NCBI RefSeq assembly: GCF_001194135.2
Contig: NC_069000.1
Span: forward strand, 44,074,263 to 44,115,278
Direction of reading: 5' to 3'
DNA: 41,016 nucleotides
Source of the DNA: Octopus bimaculoides
Taxonomy: Eukaryota
Position numbers and translations under genes: made by a program. A model generated the notes under the pieces. That model saw nothing but the letters and a program-made list of their open reading frames with translations. It had not been told where the DNA came from and searched no databases. Position 1 is the first letter of the stretch, and each line of letters opens with the position of its first letter. Below, one piece after another: positions 21,905 through 32,110 of this stretch.

Positions 21905-24511
21905 TCAACAGTGTCTTAACTTATTGCAGCAAATATTATCAAGTGTGTGACAGCAAGAGAGAGAGAGAGAGAGAGTGAGAGAGAGAGAGAGAGTGAGAGA
22001 GAGNNNNNNNNNNNNNNNNNNNNNNNNNNNNNNNNNNNNNNNNNNNNNNNNNNNNNNNNNNNNNNNNNNNNNNNNNNNNNNNNNNNNNNNNNNNNNNNNN
22101 NNNNNNNNNNNNNNNNNNNNNNNNNNNNNNNNNNNNNNNNNNNNNNNNNNNNNNNNNNNNNNNNNNNNNNNNNNNNNNNNNNNNNNNNNNNNNNNNNNNN
22201 NNNNNNNNNNNNNNNNNNNNNNNNNNNNNNNNNNNNNNNNNNNNNNNNNNNNNNNNNNNNNNNNNNNNNNNNNNNNNNNNNNNNNNNNNNNNNNNNNNNN
22301 NNNNNNNNNNNNNNNNNNNNNNNNNNNNNNNNNNNNNNNNNNNNNNNNNNNNNNNNNNNNNNNNNNNNNNNNNNNNNNNNNNNNNNNNNNNNNNNNNNNN
22401 NNNNNNNNNNNNNNNNNNNNNNNNNNNNNNNNNNNNNNNNNNNNNNNNNNNNNNNNNNNNNNNNNNNNNNNNNNNNNNNNNNNNNNNNNNNNNNNNNNNN
22501 NNNNNNNNNNNGGGGGGGGGAGAAAGGACACATTAGATTAAGTAGATTTAAATATATAAAAAAGATGGGATGGTCACAGGTGGAATGCTTTTGATGACAG
22601 GTTTTTTTGACCAGGCTTCACCTGTGGTTTTTAACAGCATCAACAAGTAGCCATCTGTTTAATATAAGTAACAGTAAGTGGATGTTTAAGAAAGGAACAG
22701 AAGCTAGAGGTGTATCAAGGTAGATGGAAACAGAGAGAAGCCTCTGTTGTGTGTGTTTGTTTATATGCTTGTATGTCTGCCTCGACGTCATGTGATGCCT
22801 ATAAACAACCCTAACCATCATGGAGGCGGTGCCTGTTCCAATCTTCCCTGGTAAACATGTCCAACCATGGCAGAGCATTCCCTTGCCTGGGAAGAGATGA
22901 GGGCTGTTGAAAGGAAGGGGCATCAGGCCTTAGAAAGGGTCACAAAGAAGGGCATCTGCCTCGTGCAAACGTGAAAAAGTGCATGCTAAAACAACAAAGG
23001 ATTATACATACGTATATCTGGTTTCGGTCATTAGACTGCGGCCATGCTGGGGCACCAGCTTGAAGAAGTTTTAGTCAAATGAATCGACCCAAGGACTTTA
23101 TTTTTTTTAAAAAAAAGCTTGGTACTTACCCCATAGATTTCTTTTGCTGAACAGCTAAGCTATGGGGATGTAAAATCACACCAACACCACTTGTCAAGCA
23201 GTGGTGGGGGAAAAACACAGGCACACACATATACATACGATGGGCTTCCTTCAGTTTCCGTCTACCAAAACCACTCACAAGGGTTTGGTAGGCCCACAGC
23301 TATAGGAACACTGCCTTTAGTTGAGCAAATCGACCCCAAGACTTATTCTTTATAAGCCTAGTACTTATTCTATCAGTTTCTATTGCAGAACTGCTAAGTT
23401 ACAGGGACGTAAACACACCAGCATCGGTTGTCAAGTGATGTTGGGGGGGGGGGGCAAACAGAGACACAAACACACACACACATAAGTACAATGGGCTTCT
23501 TTCAGTTTTGTCTACCAAATCCACTCACAAGGCTTTAGTAGCCACACACCTGGTTTTCACACCTCAAAACTGCTGAGACAAAAACGTGGCATCACTGTCA
23601 ATGAAATGGTCTCAGGCAAAGACATGCAAAAATGTTCATGCACACACAAATTTGTGATGGGCCTCTGTCCACCCACCAGTTTCAACCAAGGAACTGGCTA
23701 AGATGAGTTTATAGTAAAAGTCATTTGCTCAAGGTGCCACACACTGGGCTCGAACCTGGAGCCATGCAGTTACAGAATTTTCTCACTACACAACCCTACC
23801 TGTGCCTTTTCAACACACACACACACACACACACAAAGAACTGAAGGAGGACACAGAATAATGCTAGAGTGCTTAGAGTAATGTCCTCCTGATGGTGATG
23901 GATTTTAGCCCTAACATCACAGCTACCACTACACCATCACATCTATCCAATATTTTTTTTTTAGTTTAAAGAGTTCATGTGTGAAAAGTTCAGACATCTG
24001 TATAATGAGATTAAATAATTAACCAGTAATTAACAGATTGTGTGTTGGACTGACGCCATCATCATATTGACGATTCAACTGTGGAAAATCCGACAGCAAT
24101 ATTGTTACAGCAAACTCTACTCTTATACAACAGCAACGACTGAAACTAGTGAAAGATAAAAAAGTACACACACACACACACACACGTTGGGCTTCAATGC
24201 AGTTTCTATGTAACAATTTTGCCAATAAGGCTGTGATAGTAGAAGAGACTTGCCCAAGGTGCCACACAGTGGGAACGAACCCAAAACCTTGTGGCTAGAA
24301 AGGGAACTTCTTAACCACACACCATGTTTGCAACTATTATAACATTTCTTAGAAGGAAAAGAAAGAAAGAAAGAAAGAAATAAAGAAAGAAGCCAGGAAA
24401 CCCAAGAAGGAAAACATCAAAGAGAACAGCCACAACAACAACTACTACTACTACCACTGCTGCTACTATTACTACAACAACAAATATACCACATCTACTA
24501 AAACTACCAAC

Positions 24512-24727
24512 CTTTAGGACAGCAAACAAACTCCACACCACTGAAATGTCCGGGTTCTTTGCATGGCCAAAGCATGGCGAAACTTTGTGTGGTCATCTGA
24601 CGCAGGGCACACTTGCTCATGGCGGTCTTGTTGCACTCGTCAAACTCGTTGCAGACACGAGAATCATGGTAGTGGTCAAAGATGCAGTGTTCTGGCACCA
24701 GCAAGGCATCACTTTGGAATGGTCCGA
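24512..24727 (-). CDS. APP: APP-like exon (copper-binding domain): VGPFQSDALLVPEHCIFDH...FAMLWPCKEPGHFSGVEFVCCPK
   Basis: Acceptor ctcctccag|TC and donor AAAG|gttggt; 216 nt, phase 1/1. SDALLVP and GVEFVCCP are diagnostic APP-family motifs. Confidence 0.97.
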
Positions 24728-24930
24728 CTGGAGAGGAGAAACAAATCAACATGTTGCAATTACTAAATGATGACGATGACGGCAATGATGATAGTGGTGG
24801 TGGTGGTGACAGTGGGCATGGGTGTGGCCATATACCTTTTATTGGTTTTTTTTTTTTTTAAAGATATGCTGCAAGAAATGCTACTAAGCATATTCTTCAG
24901 CATGCTAATGATCCTGGCAGCTCATTTCCT

Positions 24931-24972
<42 letters not shown>

Positions 24973-25744
24973 CAGTTATGTACTGGAGTTAGCACAATTG
25001 ACCGTTCCCTTTAGCCTAAATTCAACACCTGTGTCCATGTTGGAAAGCAAGGGAGGCAGTTTCCGTTGTTCTCTTTTAACATAATTGGTTGGTCTGGAGG
25101 AAGGAAGGGTTTTTCATGTCCTCTGCAGACCCTCCAAGACCAGTGACATTATGGCGTTAACATTATGCTTGAAATGCCAGAGTAAGCTGACGTCTGCAGG
25201 AGAAAGCAAGCACAGGCAGGGAATTCCTGAGAATTAACCATTCTGGAGAGAAAGGGTGAGCTGTCATGGTTAGTATGGGAGCCTTAGGGTTTTTAGGTGG
25301 GTGGGNNNNNNNNNNNNNNNNNNNNNNNNNNNNNNNNNNNNNNNNNNNNNNNNNNNNNNNNNNNNNNNCTCAATAGGAGAGATGAAATGAGGTGAGACAA
25401 CCATCAAAAGGCCCTGTTCTTCTTGTTGATATGGTGGTCTGTGCACCTCAACAACCTTGAGAAGCAAATCAGCAGGGCACATCCTCCTGATCAGGCCTTA
25501 CATGCTGGAAAAGTCCAAGGACAGAAGCCAGACTAATATGGATCACCTCTTTCTAGAGGTAAAAGTGGGGTTTGCATAGGGCCAGCAGCCTTACTTAGGG
25601 GGGTAAAAAAAAAAAAAAGGGCTAAGTTACAGAAGCATTGATGACATTTCAAAAACTAACAAGACCTGGGGGCAAGGCGAGGCGGTGGTGGGGAGACAAA
25701 TATTTTGAAGAGAGCGGATGAAGCAAGCACAAAGAACTACTTAC

Positions 25745-25877
25745 CTAAACAACGGAATGGTCTGACTGTGTGGTTGCCGTGTTTGTGGCAGTGAGTGGCA
25801 TTGAAACGGCACCAGTTTGGAATGGTCACTTTGTAGCTTGCTTGCAGGACGTTGGTCACTTCATGGTCAGGGTATAA
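25745..25877 (-). CDS. APP: APP-like exon (GFLD C-terminal part): LYPDHEVTNVLQASYKVTIPNWCRFNATHCHKHGNHTVRPFRCL
   Basis: Acceptor (tc)n-cag|TTA and donor TTAG|gtaagt; 133 nt, phase 0/1. YP...TNV..A...VTI.NWC......C...PFRCL is the APP GFLD signature. Confidence 0.96.
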
Positions 25878-25992
25878 CTGAGAGAGAGAGAGAGAGAGAG
25901 AGATAATATAAATAAATGAATCATTTGAAGTAGACGGTATGTGTGGGGGCAATGCAAGATATTTCAAGCGTTTGAAATGTGAAAAGATTCAG

Positions 25993-26172
25993 ACAATGAT
26001 GATGATGATGAAGATGATGACGATTACCACAACAAGGATGATGGTGATGATGAGAATTACAATGATGAAAATGATGAAGATTATGATGATAACAATGATG
26101 ACGATGACGCAAATGATAAACATTGGCGCCAAGATGACAATGACAATGAAGATGATGACAAAAATGATGATT
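25993..26172. repeat. Degenerate (GAT/GAC/AAT)n trinucleotide tract
   Basis: Seen directly; it generates the spurious poly-Met and poly-His ORFs. Confidence 0.9.
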
Positions 26173-28102
26173 TGTAGTGAATAAAAACCAAAGAATAAAC
26201 AAAATGTGTGAAAGCCCCAGAAATAGTTAAAGACAGATTTTTAGCTTTGCTTTCATGGAATTAAACAGAATACAGGAAGATTCCATCCCCTACCCCCACC
26301 AGTCAGTCTGTATAGGACACCATTCTCTCATCATCATCATCGTCATATGTAAATTGGTACCAGATCATTTGAGAATGTTCCGTAATTACATAACAGCTGA
26401 GCTCTATCAGTGTAATGTAGAATAGAGTGTTACGTTACAAAGATAAGAGTGGAGTAAGATGTAAACCTCATCCGCAACAGGACATCAAAACTATTTAAGG
26501 TAGCACAGGTAACATTAGCCAGATGATCTCTCTCTGGCTAATAGCAAATCACATGGTAAATCTAGCTAATGGAAGAATATGGTTTTATAGCACCAACACA
26601 ACAAAGAGGATAAGGGTGGGATGTGTGCATGATATATGTATATGATAGGACAGGCACCAATTACAGGTAATGTTACGCTAATTATCACCTGTCTGTTTCA
26701 TACACGACAGCTCTGGAGAATTGAAACAAATGTAGATATTGAAATCTGAACCATCTATCGGATCAATCGTTGATCAATACAGACAGACACATACATATGC
26801 ATGTATAGGTAGATCAATAGACGCACAGACAAACATAACTATTCATTAACAGAGGTGGTTGTTGTTGATGATGCTCACAGATTATTTCAATGTCAAGAAC
26901 ATCATCAGATTTTGTTGTTTAGTTAATAAAATAACCTTTATTAGCTTTTACTGACTTAACGACTTATTTACTTACCTGAGCACCTGCCCACTCCAACCTA
27001 CACACACACACACACACACACACAGCCATGTGCACACATACATACACACACACACAACTAATAGCAAATGATTCAGATATTTAGGTCCATGTGCATGCAT
27101 CTATTTCATAAATTCATCAACACACACTCCCACCCACAGTCGTCATCATTCTAATGTCCACTTTTCAAAGTTTCCATGGGTCAGATGATGTTTGTTCAGC
27201 CTGGATGCCCTTCCTGTCACCAATCCTCACAAACCCTCTCCATAGCCAGGTATTTTTTTTTTTTGCAGAATATTAGAAATGAACGACGTTCATTCACAAC
27301 AGTCATGTGATGCCAAAACAAGGAGAGACAAACACACATATGATTAGCTTCTTTTCAGTTTTAATCTACCAAATCCATGCACATGGCCCTTTTGTTGGCC
27401 TGGGGCTATAGTAGAAGGCACTAGGCCAGGGTGCCATAGAGTGGGATTGAACCAGAAACCAAACAATAGAGAAGCAATCTTCTTAACCACACAACCACAC
27501 CTGTACCTTTAGGCGTGTGTGTGTGATCATTTAACATCCTCCTTCCATGCAGGCATGGGTTGGATGGTTTGACTGAGGACTGGCAAGCCAGAAGGCTGCA
27601 CCAGGCTCCAATCTGATCTGGCAGAGTTTCTACATCTGGATGCCCTTCCTAACCCTAATAATCACTCCAAGAGTGTAGTGGGAGCTAATTACATGCTACC
27701 AGCATAGGGACCAGTCAGGCAGCACTGACATCGACCATGCTCGAATGGTGCTTTTTACAGAGAGAGAGAGAGGGGGGTGAGGAGGGTCTGTCACAACCCT
27801 ACAGGCTCTTTAGGCGTGACTGTATCCTGGTTCTCATTGCATATGAGTGGCAATACAATGCTAATCCCTGAATGAGACACCAGCCCATCATAGAGTTAAC
27901 CCTCAGACTTTGCCACTGGTTTACTTTCGGTTGATAAACTACCCCTAATTTGCAGAAAAATGTGTTGGCGGCCAGCGTTTTTTTTGGGGGCCACAAGGGC
28001 TGCTAAAAAAAAAAACATTTAGGACAACTCAAAGGAAAGTAGGGATTTATGTAGGGATGTGTAAACAACAATCATGATAGTAATATTGTTTGGAATACTT
28101 AC

Positions 28103-28270
28103 AGTTTTACAATATGAAAGTATTTGAACAGGACTGCTAAGACAGCTTTTGCCGTTGTCAGTATCAGCTTGCCAGCCATTTGGTGTTCGGTGCATGGAAG
28201 GTTTGTTGCAGAGGAAGGCCACCATCGGCTCAAATTTTCTGGCATTCATGTCCATGTTGACAACCACAGC
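28103..28270 (-). CDS. APP: APP-like protein, first visible coding exon (GFLD N-terminal part): AVVVNMDMNARKFEPMVAFLCNKPSMHRTPNGWQADTDNGKSCLSSPVQILSYCKT
   Basis: Acceptor ttttacag|GCT and donor ACT|gtaagt; 168 nt, phase 0/0. EPMVAFLC...W...C...ILSYC aligns by eye with APP EPQIAMFC...W...C...ILQYC. Confidence 0.93.
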
Positions 28271-28915
28271 CTGTAAAATAAAGAAGATAAGGGGTTAAGA
28301 AACTTAGGGATTAAAACAAGAAACAATATCATATAATAAATTCCTTTAAAAAAATCTTATTCCAAAAGATGCTATACCTAACTCAACAATCCAAGACAAT
28401 CGTGATTCTTTCCAATTTTTGGTGTAAGACCTGCAATTTTGAGGGGAGGGGATAGTGAATTACAACGACCCCAGGATTCAACTGGTACTTATTTTATTGA
28501 ATTTGCAAAGAAGAAAGGCCAAGATGAACTTGGTGACATTCATACTCAAAACATTAAATGCCAAGAAATATGCTGCTAACAATTCTGCCAGCTCATTGCT
28601 TTATATTCAACACATTTAGGATAAATTACTTTAATTGCCAAAAAGCAATGGAACACTAGAGCATAGCACACACACACACACACACACACAATCATACAAA
28701 CAATTACTCTCAGGAGACTAATTGTTTCTCTTCTTAACAATATAAAACCGGTGCCCATAACAATGCTTCAGAGTTTTGAAAATATTTACATATTTACATT
28801 TTTTATTGGCAAAAATGTTTTTCATAACATTTGGGATATAAAATTATGCACTTCCAATTTTGAAGAGGGGGTAAAGAGGACTTTGGGGAGGGGGTGAGAA
28901 ATATAGTGCAGTTAA

Positions 28916-29132
28916 CCCTTTCGTTACTGTATTTCTGTTGAGATGCTCTGTGTTTCTTTCAATTAATTTTAAATATAACAAAGAATTTAGTAAAATAACT
29001 TAGTTATCGTTAAGCTAGTGTTAGGAACAAATTGTGACTAAGGTTTGGAAGATTTTAATTTAAAACTTATGAAAACAAGACATTTATACTACAAAGTCAG
29101 AAGTGATTTCAGCCAGGTTGGTATCAAAAGGG
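28916..29132. mobile_element. TTAA-flanked MITE (piggyBac-like ends)
   Basis: TTAA at 28912-28915 and 29133-29136; TIRs CCCTTTCGTTAC vs CCCTTTTGATAC (10/12 match); no coding capacity. Confidence 0.7.
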
Positions 29133-29394
29133 TTAAAGCAAACTAACTTCTCATCCCATCTTCATTTTATTTATTCATTTTTTTTTTTGAGGGGGAAGAT
29201 CAGACAGAACACAGCTAGGACAATATTACCCAATGTGTCCTTCCATTTTGAAGACAGCACGTAGCAATTTGAGGTTGGTTTGGCTGCTATTCCAAGCAAG
29301 CCAAGTGCAAAACAGAACAGAAGCCAAATTCCTCATATTATTGTTGCTGTATTCGTAGTGGCTGCAGTGCATCAGTGGTAATCATAACAAAGAT

Positions 29395-29450
29395 GGAGAA
29401 GGTGGTAGCGGAGAAGGTGGTAGCGGAGAAGGTGGTAGCGGAGAAGGTGG
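29395..29450. repeat. 15-nt tandem repeat (GGAGAAGGTGGTAGC) x3.7
   Basis: Seen directly; perfect copies. Confidence 0.95.
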
Positions 29451-30311
29451 ATGAAGACATCAAACGCTGCACATAATCTTGTCCAAGAAATCTACTACTA
29501 AGTTGATTAACAAAAGTTTTGACCTATCCTCCTTCTATGAAAGTACCAGCTTAATTTCATCGCACATCTCCAATCCTTCGACCTCTATGTCAGGCAGATG
29601 GCTTGATGTAGCTTCATCAACACCACCATGACCACCACCACCACCACCAACAACAACAACATCACTTCAATGTCATTATAGCAAAAACTTCCCTACAGCA
29701 ATCTTGATCTTTTAAGAAATAATCAATATACAGTAGTAGTAGTAGTAGTAGTAATAACAATAGTAGTAGTTCTGATGGTGGGAGTGATAGACCAAGTGGT
29801 GGTGGTGGTGGTGGTGGTGGTGGTCATGGCGGTGGCAGTAGTGAGGCTGGGTGTTTGGTTGGGTTGAAATCTACACAAGTTTCAATAAATGCTGCGACAT
29901 TTCATGAGAAAGCGTTTGCAGAGTTAAAAGCAGCGCTGGTAAATACCAGGAGATTAAGCTACGTTGATAACAACAGAAGGAGGGTTGGTCACTAAGTCAA
30001 CGGAGAGGATTAGAGAGTAAGGATTGGTAATAAAGAGGGTTAGAGAGTAATGATGATGATGATGATGATGGAAGTGGTGGTGGTGGTGATAGTTGTGACA
30101 AAGACGATTGTTGTAATGGTATGACAGTGGTGGTGGTGAATAACAAACAACAATTGTTGTCTCTGCCGACCATAACCACTTCAAGGGATACTCGTCCCTC
30201 TTCTGAAACTCACAGATCTAACTTTACAACCCGCCCCCCACAAATGTGGCAAACTATGGTGCCTCAAGAGTTAAACACCTCATGTGCAAATGTATACATG
30301 CACAGATACAA

Positions 30312-30667
30312 GCATGGCTGTGTGGTAATAAGGCTGCACCTCGGCCACATGGTTTCAGGTTCAGTCCCACTGTGTGGTACCTTGAGTGTCTTCTACTATG
30401 GCCTCAGGCTGACCAATGTCCTGTGAGTGGATTTGGCAGACAGATACTGAAAGATGATCACTGATTGTGTGTGTATCCCAAAACTGCTTGACAACCAGTC
30501 TTGGTTTGTTTATGTCTCCAGAACTTAGCAGTTCAGCAAAGGAGACACATAGAATAAGTCCTAGGTTTAAGGGAAAAAAAAAAGTACTGGGTTCGATTCA
30601 CTCGACAAAATTCTTCAAGGCAATGCTCCAGCATGGCTACAGTCTAATGACTGAAACAAGTAAAAGA
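30312..30667 (+). mobile_element. tRNA-derived SINE, family B, near full length
   Basis: Head tggctgtgtggtaa...ggttcagtcccactg, body gtgagtggatttgg and tail cagcatggc...tgactgaaacaagtaaaaga; reverse copies at ~14941-15226 and ~23020-23540. Confidence 0.8.
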
Positions 30668-32059
30668 CATATAGAAATATATATAAATCTAAATCAATGT
30701 GCTAAAATACGAATTAGATTTTTCGTGGTTTGAGATTTAACTCCTATTTCTAGCGTGGTGGAAAACCACTTCATGTCTAGTTTTTATACACACATAATAT
30801 AAATATGTATATGCATGTAAATATATGTGTGTGTCTGTGTGTGTAGATATATAGTTCAAATTTATAGAAAGATGCAGACAAAGACAGGTGTATGAACAAC
30901 AAGCAGGTATATTAGTTTGATGCTTGGGAAAAATGGAAAAGTCTCTTACGTTTTGAGTCTAGGCTCTTCAACAGAAAAGAATAAAAGGAAATAAACAGAG
31001 AGAGAATGTCAAAGAAGGTGTTGAGATTTGTTGTTGGCACTCCGTCGCTTATGACGTTGAGGGTTCCAGTTGATCCGATCAACGGAACAGCCTGCTCGTG
31101 AAATTAACATGCAAGTGGCTGAGCACTCCACAGACACGTGTACCCTTAACGTAGTTCTCGGGGATATTCAGCGTGACAAGGCTGGCCCCTTTGAAATCAC
31201 AGGTACAACAGAAACAGGAAGAAAGAGTGAGAGAAAGTTGTGGTGGAAGAGTACAGCAGGGTTCGCNNNNNNNNNNNNNNNNNNNNNNNNNNNNNNNNNN
31301 NNNNNNNNNNNNNNNNNNNNNNNNNNNNNNNNNNNNNNNNNNNNNNNNNNNNNNNNNNNNNNNNNNNNNNNNNNNNNNNNNNNNNNNNNNNNNNNNNNNN
31401 NNNNNNNNNNNNNNNNNNNNNNNNNNNNNNNNNNNNNNNNNNNNNNNNNNNNNNNNNNNNNNNNNNNNNNNNNNNNNNNNNNNNNNNNNNNNNNNNNNNN
31501 NNNNNNNNNNNNNNNNNNNNNNNNNNNNNNNNNNNNNNNNNNNNNNNNNNNNNNNNNNNNNNNNNNNNNNNNNNNNNNNNNNNNNNNNNNNNNTATATAT
31601 GCGAGTAAAAATAAATACAAAAAAAGGTGGATTTTTTTGTATGATTGTGTATAGAGGAATATATTATTTTGCTTAAAAGAGTTCCAACACTGTCTGTTTT
31701 TTATGTTTTATTTATATTCCTGCAGAACTAATGTGGGGTATAGAATATGGAATATACAATATATAATATAATATACAATATATAATATAAAATAAAATAA
31801 AAATGGATGGCACCATGAAATAAAGTATTGAATGTAGATGAAATATTGAGTGTTCAATATAAAGGATCAAATATATAAATATATAAATATATATATATTA
31901 GTGACCGAAAGAGGTTTGATGGAAGAGCATATCTGGTAAGTGCAACCCAGAAAATGGCCCTTGGGCCACTTATGTATTTACACTCATTATTGGCTATAAA
32001 ATTAAATAAGTGTGCATGTGGGGCTGGCCTGGGGCTAAATGATGGCACATACAAATACA

Positions 32060-32110
32060 TCACCACCATCACCACTATCACCACTATCACCACTATCACC
32101 ACTATCACCA
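32060..32110. repeat. 9-nt tandem repeat (CACCACTAT)n
   Basis: Seen directly in the sequence. Confidence 0.9.

Noticed and set aside
24546-24770. Plus-strand ORFs antisense to the CuBD exon (likewise 14523-14705, 17152-17397 and 19902-20180)
   Set aside because: These are shadow ORFs of real minus-strand exons.
29393-29479. 15-nt repeat read as (EKVVA)n or (GEGGS)n peptide
   Set aside because: The ATG-started ORF is only 28 aa, with no splice support.
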